Positions 55,036 to 64,000 of a stretch of 64,000 nucleotides of DNA are shown here, in pieces. The translations under genes and the position numbers were made by a program. The stretch is from an uncultured delta proteobacterium (GTDB taxonomy: Bacteria > Desulfobacterota > Binatia > HRBIN30 > BPIQ01). Each line of letters opens with the position of its first letter. Within the stretch, counting starts at the first letter, position 1. The stretch covers positions 288,001-352,000 of the forward strand of contig CAVXGR010000017.1 in assembly GCA_963761335.1 (NCBI GenBank), given 5' to 3'. The notes beneath the pieces are model-generated. The model worked only from the letters and a program-made list of their open reading frames with translations. It was not told the origin of the DNA and searched no databases.

Positions 55036-55890
55036 ATGGGCCTTGCCGTAGTAACCTCCCAACGGCGGTGTGGTTGGGCGGTAGTGGGGATGTCAACCAT
55101 CCTTCTGCTGATCTTCAGTGTCCCGTCGGTGTCGCTCGCCGCGTCGTCGAAGAAGAAGTCGGCGCACAGCCGTGGCGCCAAGAAGTCGCACGCGGCTCTC
55201 GCCAGGAAGAAATCGCGGCCGAAGCACGTCGCCGCGGCGACGCGCGGCACGGGCTCGCGGCGAGGGGTCAAGCGAACCGCTTCGCGGTCGCGCGGTGCTC
55301 GACATGCGACGCGCCGCAACCGGCCGGCGCCGAAGGTGGCTGTGCGCAAGTACGATCTGCCGCCCCTCGACGAGGCGCCGCCGGTGGTCTCGGCGGCGGC
55401 CGAGCACCTGGGGACGCCGTACCGCTTCGGCGGCGACGATCCCGCCGGCTTCGACTGCTCGGGTCTGACCAGCCGTGTCTTTGCCGAGGTGGGCGTGTCG
55501 CTGCCGCACTCGGCGCGCGCCCAGTTCAACATGGGAGAGCCGGTGGAGATGTCGGAGCTCGAGCCGGGTGACCTGGTCTTCTTCAACACTCGCAGCCGAG
55601 GCCCGTCGCACGTGGGCATCTACGCCGGCGATGGTATGTTCATCCACGCGCCGCGCACCGGCCTCGGCGTACGCGTCGATCCGCTGGTCAGCTCGTACTA
55701 CTCGAGCCACTTCATCGGCGCCCGCCGCATCGAGCCGCCCGGTGGACGCCACCAGATCGCCAGCGCCGCGCGCCGCATCATGCACGGCGCTTCGTACAAC
55801 CAGCGGGCCTCCTACAAGGCGCAGATCATTCCCGCCGTCGTCCCCGAGTCGCTGGAGCTGGGCGCCTACTATCGCAAGGGCGGCGCTTAG
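55036..55890 (+). CDS. NlpC/P60 (C40) peptidoglycan endopeptidase with basic linker
   Basis: Signal peptide, K/R-rich stretch, LGTPYRFGG..GFDCSG, PGDLVFF, SHVGIY, FIHA. Confidence 0.93.
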   Translation: MGLAVVTSQRRCGWAVVGMSTILLLIFSVPSVSLAASSKKKSAHSRGAKKSHAALARKKSRPKHVAAATRGTGSRRGVKRTASRSRGARHATRRNRPAPKVAVRKYDLPPLDEAPPVVSAAAEHLGTPYRFGGDDPAGFDCSGLTSRVFAEVGVSLPHSARAQFNMGEPVEMSELEPGDLVFFNTRSRGPSHVGIYAGDGMFIHAPRTGLGVRVDPLVSSYYSSHFIGARRIEPPGGRHQIASAARRIMHGASYNQRASYKAQIIPAVVPESLELGAYYRKGGA

Positions 55891-55896
55891 GACGGT

Positions 55897-55945
55897 GTAG
55901 AAGCGGCGTCTCGCCGCTTCGAAGGCGCCGGGACGGCGCTTCTAC
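55897..55945. repeat. GTAG-type REP doublet (class A) between convergent genes
   Basis: GTAGAAGCGGCGTCTCGCCGCTTC-GAAGGCGCCGGGACGGCGCTTCTAC. Confidence 0.85.
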
Positions 55946-55954
55946 TCTGTCGGC

Positions 55955-56749
55955 CTACTCGTCGTCGTCGGTTTTGCCCCGCGCCCCGACGCAGACGCCG
56001 CGCTTGGATGCGCGGATGAAGTCGAGCAGGGCGCGCCGCTCGTCGGAGAGCGGCTCGGCCTCGAGAGCGGCCAAGGCGCGGCCGAGGTGTGGCCGCCCGC
56101 GAAAGAGACGGGAGTAGGCGCGGCGCAGGTCGCGGATCTGGATGGCGGTGAACCCGGCGCGGCGCAGGCCAACGGCGTTGATGCCGCGCACGGTGTGGGT
56201 ACCGTCCATGATGCAGAACGGCGGCACGTCGCGGCTGGTGCGCGACAGACCGCGCAGCAGCGCCAAGCGCCCGATGCGCACGTACTGATGTACGACGCAG
56301 TTTCCGGAGATGAAGGCCTGATCGTCGGTCTCCGTGAAGCCGGCGAGCAGGGCGCCGGAGCAGAGGATGACGCGGTTTCCCACGCGTGCATTGTGGCCGA
56401 CGTGGGCGTTTCCCATGATGTAGTTTTCGTCGCCGATCACCGTGCTGGTGCCGGGAGCCGTGCCGCGGTGCAGAAAGACGTGCTCGCGGATGACGTTGCG
56501 ATCGCCGATGCGGAGCGCGGTCTCGGCGCCGGCGTACTTGAGATCCTGCGGCTCGTCGCCGAGGATTGCACCGTAGTGGATGACGTTGTCGCGGCCGATC
56601 TGCGTGTGGCCGGTGATGACGGCGTGCGCCAGGATGCGGGTGCCGCCGCCGATCTGTGCCGGCCCCTCGATCACCACATAGGGGCCGACGTCAACGTCGG
56701 CGGCGAGCTCGGCGCGGCGGTCCACCTGCGCCGTCGGATGGATAGGCAT
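55955..56749 (-). CDS. lpxA: acyl-ACP--UDP-N-acetylglucosamine O-acyltransferase
   Basis: IHPTA, hexapeptide repeats, PQDLKY, IRE...HRGT, AHVGHN, VHQY.RIG, DVPPF, GIN.VGLRR. Confidence 0.93.
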   Translation of the reverse strand: MPIHPTAQVDRRAELAADVDVGPYVVIEGPAQIGGGTRILAHAVITGHTQIGRDNVIHYGAILGDEPQDLKYAGAETALRIGDRNVIREHVFLHRGTAPGTSTVIGDENYIMGNAHVGHNARVGNRVILCSGALLAGFTETDDQAFISGNCVVHQYVRIGRLALLRGLSRTSRDVPPFCIMDGTHTVRGINAVGLRRAGFTAIQIRDLRRAYSRLFRGRPHLGRALAALEAEPLSDERRALLDFIRASKRGVCVGARGKTDDDE

Positions 56750-56762
56750 CGGCGCGCGGGGC

Positions 56763-56948
56763 TCAGTCGGCGGGCTCGTCCTGATCCGTGCCCGCCGGGC
56801 CCTCGAGCGACTCGCCCGGAATGCGATAACGCTCGCCCAGCCAGTCGGCCAGATCTCTCAATTGGCACCGCTCCGAGCAGAACGGCCGGAAGGGGTTGTC
56901 CTCCCAGCCCACCTCGATGCGGCATACCGGGCACCGCCTCGAGCCCAT
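56763..56948 (-). CDS. yacG: DNA gyrase inhibitor YacG
   Basis: CPVC...[27 protein letters not shown]. Confidence 0.92.
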   Translation of the reverse strand: MGSRRCPVCRIEVGWEDNPFRPFCSERCQLRDLADWLGERYRIPGESLEGPAGTDQDEPAD

Positions 56949-56967
56949 TGGCACCTCGAAACGCGCC

Positions 56968-57300
56968 TCAGCGCTTGCGGAAGAAGGAGTTCCCCTCGAC
57001 GATGGTCGGCTTCTTGTGACGGGCAGACTGCAGCGGCACCCGGGCAACGGTTTCCCACATGGTGTCGCGAGCCCTCTTGATGCGCTGGCGCAGGGTCTCC
57101 CGCGCCGTGAGGCTGCCGTTCGAATCGCGGATGTCGTCGACGCGAACCTGCAGCTCGCCGGAGAGCTTTCCCTGGCGCAGAGTCAGCAGCAGCGAATCCG
57201 GCTCGGCACCCTGTCGAATCTGGTAGGTGAGATGCTTGTCGACGCGCCGGATCAGTGATCGCAGAACGGCTTCCTCGTCTGTTCCATATGTCTTCATCAT
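56968..57300 (-). CDS. hypothetical protein
   Basis: About 110 aa ORF directly upstream of yacG and co-oriented; no motif recognised. Confidence 0.65.
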   Translation of the reverse strand: MMKTYGTDEEAVLRSLIRRVDKHLTYQIRQGAEPDSLLLTLRQGKLSGELQVRVDDIRDSNGSLTARETLRQRIKRARDTMWETVARVPLQSARHKKPTIVEGNSFFRKR

Positions 57301-57449
57301 CGTCGCTCGCCCCATTCACTAGGAATAGCAATCGCCGCGGGCCGCCACAACCTGTGGGGGACACACCACCCAAGGAATTCTACTTTTTCAGGAAGCCGCT
57401 GACCAGCCCGATTCTGGCCTTGGCGGGTACGATCCTCTAAAAGGACCGC

Positions 57450-57875
57450 ATGGCCACCATTTTTACACGCATCATTCGCGGTGAGCTGCCGGCGCGTTTC
57501 GTCTGGCGCGACGACCGCTGCGTCGCCTTCCTGTCGATCAACCCCCTGCGGCCGGGACACACTCTGGTGGTGCCGATCGCCGAGGTCGACCACTGGCTCG
57601 ACCTCGAGGCGGACCTGGCACAGCACCTGACCGGTGTCGCGCAGACGGTCGGCAAGGCCATCCAGCACGGCTTTGCGCCGACCAAGGTCGGGCTGATGAT
57701 CGCCGGCCTGGAGGTGCCGCACACCCATCTGCACCTGGTGCCGATCAATCGCGTCCACGATCTCGACTTCGCCAACCAGGACCTGAGCCCGAAAGCCGAA
57801 GACCTCGAGCGCGCCGCCGAGACCATCCGCGAGTCGCTGCGGGCGTTGGGGTTCACCGCGCCGTTGGCGCGGTAG
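57450..57875 (+). CDS. HIT family hydrolase
   Basis: TIFTRII.GELP, PGHTLVVP, EVPHTHLHLVP. Confidence 0.95.
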   Translation: MATIFTRIIRGELPARFVWRDDRCVAFLSINPLRPGHTLVVPIAEVDHWLDLEADLAQHLTGVAQTVGKAIQHGFAPTKVGLMIAGLEVPHTHLHLVPINRVHDLDFANQDLSPKAEDLERAAETIRESLRALGFTAPLAR

Positions 57876-57969
57876 CTACCGAATGAGCTGACCGGAGCCG
57901 GTCAGCAGCGCCAGGACCGGGAGGGCGAGCCAGGCACGGCGGCTCCGCCCTCCCTCCCAAGGAGACGGG

Positions 57970-60444
57970 CTACGGCGCCACCGGGTTGCACGGCTGCGCA
58001 TCGCCGAAGGGGATCTCATAAGGCTCGGCGGCGTCGCAGATGCCGTGGCAGAAGTTCTCGATCATGCCGCCGGGCTGCAGGAACGTGGTCACCTGGTCGA
58101 TCGACGCCGGGATGGTCAGACGAATCGGATGAGGATCGCAGCCGCTCGGAGTCGCCTGCTCGTTGGCGAGCGGCGGGATGAACGGCTGATGCGCCGGGTT
58201 GTTCAGGTCGAAGGACCCGGTGTCGTAGATCTCCAGCGCCGACGGCAGCGGTCCCGGCTCGTCGGGGATCAACGGCAGATTGGCGAGCCGCGAGCCCACG
58301 AGATTCGGCAGCCCGAGGGTGCGCGCAGTGATCTCGGAGCCCTGGTTGGAGACCTGCTGGTCGAGGAAGGCGACGGTCATCAGCACGTTCTTGGCGTTGG
58401 TTCCCGGAAGCGGGTTCTTGGTGATGTGCGTGGCGTAGCCGGCCGACTCGCCGCGCGCCCACAGCTCGTGTGTGATCCCCAGGGCGAGCGCCTGCTTCAT
58501 CGGATCGTCGAGGCCGGTGAGCTCGAGCACGTTCTCGAAGTCGATGAACGGCGTCGCCCGCTGCAGGAGAAGCGAGAAGTTGATCGAGCCGACGTCGATG
58601 TTGACGCGCTGCACGTCCGGAGAGAGGGCACTGAACATGAGTCCCATGATGCCGCCCAGGCTGATGCCGTAGTAGTAGCCCGGCTGCTGCGGTCCGATGA
58701 ACACGCCCGTCCCCGTCGGCGTCTGGAACTGCGGTGCGGTGTTGAAGGCGCCGCTGTGCATCATGTGGGCGAGGAGCAGGGCGTTGAGCTGTCCCTGGCG
58801 CAGGCGGTCGGCGAGGGCGGCGATGTTCTTCAGCTGGAAGGTGATCTGGCTGACGACGAAGCTGGTGGCGAAGCCGTTGATGTCGGGAGCCGAGAGGCCG
58901 CGCCAGTCGGTGGCGCCGCCGACGTAATCCAGCTGTGCCGACTGCGGCGCGGCCAGCAGCAGGGACATGATCTCGCTGCCGCTCTGGAAGAGCCCGTGGC
59001 CGACGTACAGGAAGGGCCGCGGCTGGCCGCCGTTGTCCAGCGCCGTGCACGGAATGGAGATGGTGAACGGCGCGTTGGTGAAGCCGTTCTGCACCGGCGT
59101 GCCGTTCTCGTCGACGTTGAGGACGCCGGGGGTGACCGGATCGGTCACCGGATCCGAGGTGAGGAACAGCGGCACCTCGTAGGTGCCGTCGACGCGGCGC
59201 CAGAGCCCCGGTTGCGAGCAGTCGTTCTCGCTGACGCGGTCGACGTGAAACGTCTGTTCCTGCTGCTGATCGAACCAGGCGAAGGCCTGATCGCGCATCG
59301 ACAGCATCTGCCCGGTCAGCCCCTGGTCGCTCTGCACGACGAAGTCGAAGGCGAGGATCAGGTCGCTGCGCGGCACGCCGGCGGCGTCCAACGACGCGAA
59401 GAGGTCCTCGAAGTGCGCCCGGCGCGACTCGAGCGCGGCGATGTCGCTCGGGCGCCCGTCGCGCAGCGCCGCGAACACCGGCTCGGGCTCGACCGGGCTG
59501 CCATCCGCATGCACGAGGTGTCGGGCGGCGACGATGTAGTGGTGTCCGGGGGTGAGGCTGATGCCGGGTCGCAGGAAGATCACCTGGCGCGCCGACGTCG
59601 TCGCGTGTGCATCGGGCTCGATGAAATGGATGATGTGCTCTCCCGAGTCGGCGTCGATCAGCACCGTGGGACTGTCCGCGTCGAGCGAGCGCAGCCCGTA
59701 GGTGCGCGTTTCCGGCAGCAGCCGTGATGCATTCGACAGCGCCGGGTCGACGCCGCCGGGGAAGTGCATGAGGATCTGCACCGTCGGGCTGAAGCCGTCG
59801 AGCTCACTGTACGAGCTTGCCAGCAGCGGACCTGACTGCTGTGCCGGCATCCCGGACTGCGGAAAATCGAGGCGCCAGCCGGTGGGTGTGTCGGCGGCGG
59901 TCAGGAACCTCGAAGAGGGGTAGGGGAGCATGCACTCGGCGTCGTTGAGGATCTCGCACTCCTCCGGATCCTGCAGAGCCACCGTCTCGAAGGAGACCTG
60001 CGCGTCCAGCGGCGTGTCGCCGGCGCTGACTTCGGCAGTCAGGGTGTGCTGCCCCGCGGCGACGCCGTCGAGAGTGCCGCTCACTTCATCCCCGGAGGTC
60101 TGCAGCTGATCGGTCACCGGCTCGCCGTCGAGTCGGACGACGAGGCTGCCGGGCGACGCATTCGCCGGCATCGGCAGGCTGACGGCGACGGCGCCGGCGA
60201 GAGACAGTTGATCCGCCTGCGGCTGCGAGAAGTCCAGCGACTGCGGAGTCGCCGTCGGCGTTGCCTCCGCCGGAGTGTCGGTTGCCGGTGCGGTCGGCGT
60301 GGCCGCTATGGCTGTCGGCGTGGCGACCGAGGTCGGCTGCGGATTGGATGCATCACAGCCCGCGATGAGCACCATCGTGATGACAGCGGAAGCGATGGCC
60401 GCTCCCTGGAACGCCGACGCGAGTGATCTTCTCGGAATCTTCAT
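57970..60444 (-). CDS. large secreted lipoprotein with alpha/beta-hydrolase domain
   Basis: Lipobox IAGC, T/P linker, C..PYPS, DGFSP, GHGLF, GISLGG nucleophile elbow, DQQV, CDPH. Confidence 0.82.
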   Translation of the reverse strand: MKIPRRSLASAFQGAAIASAVITMVLIAGCDASNPQPTSVATPTAIAATPTAPATDTPAEATPTATPQSLDFSQPQADQLSLAGAVAVSLPMPANASPGSLVVRLDGEPVTDQLQTSGDEVSGTLDGVAAGQHTLTAEVSAGDTPLDAQVSFETVALQDPEECEILNDAECMLPYPSSRFLTAADTPTGWRLDFPQSGMPAQQSGPLLASSYSELDGFSPTVQILMHFPGGVDPALSNASRLLPETRTYGLRSLDADSPTVLIDADSGEHIIHFIEPDAHATTSARQVIFLRPGISLTPGHHYIVAARHLVHADGSPVEPEPVFAALRDGRPSDIAALESRRAHFEDLFASLDAAGVPRSDLILAFDFVVQSDQGLTGQMLSMRDQAFAWFDQQQEQTFHVDRVSENDCSQPGLWRRVDGTYEVPLFLTSDPVTDPVTPGVLNVDENGTPVQNGFTNAPFTISIPCTALDNGGQPRPFLYVGHGLFQSGSEIMSLLLAAPQSAQLDYVGGATDWRGLSAPDINGFATSFVVSQITFQLKNIAALADRLRQGQLNALLLAHMMHSGAFNTAPQFQTPTGTGVFIGPQQPGYYYGISLGGIMGLMFSALSPDVQRVNIDVGSINFSLLLQRATPFIDFENVLELTGLDDPMKQALALGITHELWARGESAGYATHITKNPLPGTNAKNVLMTVAFLDQQVSNQGSEITARTLGLPNLVGSRLANLPLIPDEPGPLPSALEIYDTGSFDLNNPAHQPFIPPLANEQATPSGCDPHPIRLTIPASIDQVTTFLQPGGMIENFCHGICDAAEPYEIPFGDAQPCNPVAP

Positions 60445-60503
60445 ACTCCCCCCTCTGGATAACCTTGGCACCATATGCGCAGCGCACCGCTTTTCCAAGT
60501 CCT

Positions 60504-60563
60504 GGGAGCGCGGTCATCCTGGCCGCTTCTGTCTTTCGGGTCGGCCAAGATGGCCGCGCTCCC
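60504..60563. repeat. class B REP-like inverted pair
   Basis: GGGAGCGCGGTCATCCTGGCCG ... CGGCCAAGATGGCCGCGCTCCC. Confidence 0.75.
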
Positions 60564-60613
60564 CACGGCGGCCGGGCTGGCCGGGCTCCCGCGGGGTCTG
60601 CTACGACGTTCCC

Positions 60614-61060
60614 ATGGAGATCTGGGAGCTGACGGCGCGGGAGCTGATCCGCGACACCGTCGTCCGCTACGCCCACTGTGCCGACGGCGGCCGTTTCGAG
60701 GAGATGGTCGAGCTGTTCACCGAAGACGGGGTCCTCGAGATCGAGGGCCGCGAGCCACTCCGCGGTCGGGATGCCATCCGCGATTTTCTCACCGGCACCC
60801 GCACCAGCCTGGCGACCACTCTGGCGCGGCCGTTCATCCGCCATCACGTCTCGAGCCTGCAGATCGACCTCGACGGGCCGGACGAGGCGCGGGCGGCGAG
60901 CTACTTCCTGGCGATCACCGAGCGCGGCCCGGACCACTGGGGTCGCTATCGCGACCAGCTGGTGCGCGCCGGTGAGCGCTGGCTGTTCCGCCGCCGCCGG
61001 GTGCGCCCCGACGGGCACGCGCCCGGCTCGTGGCGCGCCAGCCGCGCCGAGAAGGCCTGA
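60614..61060 (+). CDS. NTF2/SnoaL-like protein
   Basis: RYAHCAD..LFTEDG, GRDAI, RHHVS, GRYRD..WLFRRR. Confidence 0.88.
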   Translation: MEIWELTARELIRDTVVRYAHCADGGRFEEMVELFTEDGVLEIEGREPLRGRDAIRDFLTGTRTSLATTLARPFIRHHVSSLQIDLDGPDEARAASYFLAITERGPDHWGRYRDQLVRAGERWLFRRRRVRPDGHAPGSWRASRAEKA

Positions 61061-61072
61061 AGGCCGGCGCCC

Positions 61073-62362
61073 TCAGCCGAACCCGAGGTGTAGCAGGGCG
61101 ATGAAGATTCCGATCAGACCGCCGACCACCGCTCCGTTCAGACGGATGAACTGCAGGTCGGCGCCGACGCGCTCCTCGATCTTCGCCACCAGGGTCGCGG
61201 TCTCGAGCGCTTCGAGGTTTTCGCGCACGGTCAGGCCGATCTGGTGGTGGTGGCGGCGCAGCAGGTCTTCGGCGGTGCTGCGAACCCATTGGTCGAACAG
61301 TGCGCGCCGCTCCGGCTCGGCGAGCAGCTCGAGGACGGCGCCGTGCAGCTTGCGGTCGACCAGGTCGGACAGATAGCTGCCGTCGTCGCCGAGATCCTCC
61401 TCGATCTGGTGGCGCAGCTGTCCGAGCAGCTCGCGCACCAGCGGCGCCGCTTCCAGGCTCTCGACGATGGCGGTGCGGACCTTCTCCACCTTCTCGAGCG
61501 CGGCGGCGTCCCCGGCGGCCATGCGCTCCGCGAAGCGCTGCACGCCGCCGAAGACGTAGTGGCGCAGCGGATGCTGGCGGTTCGAGGCGGCGTTGAGTAG
61601 CTCGCTGGTGGCGTAGTCGCGAGCGGCCTCGACGATCTTCCGCTGCACGAGCTTGCGGCGCAGGATCAGCGGGATGAGGCGCTTGCCTTCGCTGTGCAGC
61701 TGGCGCGCCGAGCGGTTGAGCCACATCTGCAGGCTGTCGGCCGTCTGTTCTCGGGCCGCCAGGTTGGCCAGAGAGAGCGCCGTGGACTCGAAGGCGACGG
61801 CGGCGCTCTCGCTGCCGGCCACGCGCGAGAGCCAGCTGCCGGCCATCGCGTCGATCGGCAGCTGGCGCAGCTCGCGCTGCAGCATGCGTTCGACGAACTC
61901 GACGACCTCGTCCTCGGAGAGCATGCGCGCCAGTCCGCGAAGCAGGTCGCGCACCGGACCGCCGAGACGGCGCACGTGTCCGGGATCTCTCAGCCAATCG
62001 ACGATCGCCTGGCTCGGGGCAATGCGCCGCAGGCGGGCGCCGATCACGTCCGGCGCCAGCCACTCGGTCTCGACCATGGAGACGATGCCTTCGATGATCT
62101 TGTCGCGGCGCTCGGCGATGATCGCCGTGTGCGGGATCGGCAGCCCCAGGGGGTGGCGGAACATGGCGGTGACCGCGAACCAGTCCGCCAGTCCGCCGAC
62201 GGTCGCCGCCTCGAAGCCGCCGGCGAGGACGTGCAGCCAGGTGGAGCCGGCGAAGGGGCCGACACCGAGGGCGATCCGGCAGGCGACGGCGCCGAGCACG
62301 GCGGCCAGCAGCGAGACGGCGCCCACATGGTTGCGCCGCCGGCTTGGCGACGGCTTCTCCAA
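61073..62362 (-). CDS. DUF445 family membrane protein
   Basis: EAATVGGLADWFAVTAMFRHPLGLPIPHTAII; C-terminal DLQFIRLNGAVVGGLIG; start uncertain. Confidence 0.92.
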   Translation of the reverse strand: MEKPSPSRRRNHVGAVSLLAAVLGAVACRIALGVGPFAGSTWLHVLAGGFEAATVGGLADWFAVTAMFRHPLGLPIPHTAIIAERRDKIIEGIVSMVETEWLAPDVIGARLRRIAPSQAIVDWLRDPGHVRRLGGPVRDLLRGLARMLSEDEVVEFVERMLQRELRQLPIDAMAGSWLSRVAGSESAAVAFESTALSLANLAAREQTADSLQMWLNRSARQLHSEGKRLIPLILRRKLVQRKIVEAARDYATSELLNAASNRQHPLRHYVFGGVQRFAERMAAGDAAALEKVEKVRTAIVESLEAAPLVRELLGQLRHQIEEDLGDDGSYLSDLVDRKLHGAVLELLAEPERRALFDQWVRSTAEDLLRRHHHQIGLTVRENLEALETATLVAKIEERVGADLQFIRLNGAVVGGLIGIFIALLHLGFG

Positions 62363-62366
62363 CGGC

Positions 62367-62915
62367 TCAGGAGAAGGAGCGGGCGAACAGCTCCTCGACA
62401 GCCTTGCGGCCGCTGTCGCGGAGATGGCGGGTGCCGGTGCCGGCGAAGTGCGCATGGCCGATGGTCGGAGCCGCGGCCGGCTCCCAGCGAGTACCGGTCC
62501 AGTGATTCCAGGCCTCGTGATCCTGATCGAAGACGAAGAGCGGCTTGTTGCACAGCTTGGCGAACTCCGCGCCCCAGCCGGTGCCGCCCTTGACGGTGCC
62601 ATCGTCGAGCACCTTGCCGACGACGTAGATCTCCTGGGCGTTGTTGATCTGGTGCCAGATCACCTGCAGCACCTTCTTGATGTACTCGGTGTCCGGAAAG
62701 CGCCGATTCATGAGCTTGGCGACATAGGCGAGGCTCACGTCTCCCTGCATCAGCTCGGCGTGGGTCAGCGTGCGCACGCCGCGGGTGCGCTCGATCTTGT
62801 GATCCTCGAAAGTGAAGTTGACCTCTTCGATCCCGTATCGCTCCGCGAGCGCGCCAAAGCTCGCCTCGGCGCCCCGCAGGCCTCCGCTGTAGAGTACGCA
62901 TTCACTGGGTTTCAT
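62367..62915 (-). CDS. conserved hypothetical protein, possible SLOG-superfamily fold
   Basis: LYSGG..GAE, VKGGTGW, KPLFVFDQ, FAGTGTR. Confidence 0.7.
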   Translation of the reverse strand: MKPSECVLYSGGLRGAEASFGALAERYGIEEVNFTFEDHKIERTRGVRTLTHAELMQGDVSLAYVAKLMNRRFPDTEYIKKVLQVIWHQINNAQEIYVVGKVLDDGTVKGGTGWGAEFAKLCNKPLFVFDQDHEAWNHWTGTRWEPAAAPTIGHAHFAGTGTRHLRDSGRKAVEELFARSFS

Positions 62916-63173
62916 CGTGCCTGATCCTTTCCGCCGCGTTCCGCTGGGCACGTCGCCGTGGGTACTGAAGAGACGGCGCGGCTCCTTAATGAAATGTCCA
63001 ACCCGCGCCGCGAAAGCAAGGGCGCCCGCCGGGAGGTCCGAGGCTGTCCGAAGAACCCTTCCCGCGCCTCGCCCGTGCCCTGCGCCCGTTCCCGGATCGG
63101 GCGGCTCTGAGCGTTGGTGACATCTTGACTTCCGGACACCAGTCCCGTCTCCTGCGGCGGGGGCTTGGATCGC

Positions 63174-64000
63174 GTGTCTGTGGTGAACTGCTCCGCCTAT
63201 GCGGACGGGCGCAAGGTGGCATCTCCGTCGGTCGATGAGATCAGCGAGGTGCTGCGCCTGCCGGACCAGTTCGTGTGGATCGGTCTGCGCGAGCCGACGG
63301 AGGAGCTGCTGCGCAAGGTGCAGGCGGAGTTCGGTCTCCACGACCTCGCCGTCGAGGACGCTCTGCGCGCCCATCAGCGCCCCAAGCTCGAGGAGTACGG
63401 CGAATCGATCTTTCTGGTGCTGCGCACCGCGCAGCTCGAGGGGGAGCAGATCGCCTTCGGGGAGACGCACATCTTCGCCGGGCCGCGCTACGTGGTCACC
63501 GTCCGCCACGGCCCCTCCATGTCCTACGCCGAGGTCCGGGCCCGCTGCGAGAGCACGCCGGCGCTGCTGCGGCGCGGTCCTGGCGCCGTCCTCTACGCCC
63601 TCATGGATTTCATCGTCGACCACTACCTGCCGGTCTCCGAGGCGCTCGAGGAGCGGCTGACGGATCTGGAGGAGGAGATCTTCAGCGACGCTCTCAGCCG
63701 GCAGACCACCGAGCACGTCTACGCGATCAAGCGCGACATCGCCGGTTTCAGGCGCATCGTCTCGCCGCTGATCGAGGTGTGTCACCGCCTCATGCGCGCC
63801 GACATGTCGCTGATTCCCGAGGACACGCGCGTCTACTTCCGCGACGTCTACGACCATGTGCTGCGCGTCAACGAGGCAAGCGACCACCAGCGCGAGCTGC
63901 TGTCGTCGGCGCTGGAGGCGAACCTCTCGCTGATATCGGTCGCCCAGAACGAGGTGATGAAGAAGCTCGCCGGATGGGCGGCAATCCTCGCCGTCCCCAC
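63174..64000 (+). CDS. corA: magnesium/cobalt transporter CorA (runs off the window end)
   Basis: Not in the ORF track. Frame reads VVNCSAY..FVWIGLREP..FGLHDLAVEDAL.AHQRPKLEEY..YFRDVYDH..QNEVMKKLAGWAAILAVP. Confidence 0.95.
   Translation, partial: MSVVNCSAYADGRKVASPSVDEISEVLRLPDQFVWIGLREPTEELLRKVQAEFGLHDLAVEDALRAHQRPKLEEYGESIFLVLRTAQLEGEQIAFGETHIFAGPRYVVTVRHGPSMSYAEVRARCESTPALLRRGPGAVLYALMDFIVDHYLPVSEALEERLTDLEEEIFSDALSRQTTEHVYAIKRDIAGFRRIVSPLIEVCHRLMRADMSLIPEDTRVYFRDVYDHVLRVNEASDHQRELLSSALEANLSLISVAQNEVMKKLAGWAAILAVP

Overview
High-GC bacterial chromosome segment from a diderm (lpxA present). Gene content and MYXO-CTERM-like sorting tails suggest a deltaproteobacterial-type lineage such as Binatota or Myxococcota; this is inference. 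Most of the window is housekeeping: ctpA, xseAB-ispA-tlyA (no dxs), rsmD-coaD-aspC, a sirC-ccsA-hemA-hemC-cobA/hemD-hemB tetrapyrrole cluster plus chdC, thiI, dinB, holA, proA-like, lpxA, yacG and corA. The most notable features are: (1) a hidden UGSC-type selenoprotein, with an in-frame TGA at 22910 and a SECIS-like hairpin 11 nt downstream, heading a 4-gene operon of unknown function that is bracketed by catalytically degenerate TrpF-like and TrpC-like barrels; (2) a small islet inside the hem cluster carrying MazF, a chimeric antitoxin with an unrecognised N-terminal domain and an orphan ORF, bounded by a synonymous-only duplicate of part of hemD; (3) a tight operon joining a DUF2723/TMEM260-type glycosyltransferase to two MYXO-CTERM-like surface proteins and a phosphodiesterase-TPR lipoprotein; (4) a family of intergenic inverted 7-8 bp tandem-repeat elements and several REP classes; (5) several apparently leaderless genes. 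No rRNA, tRNA, CRISPR array, integrase or transposase was recognised.
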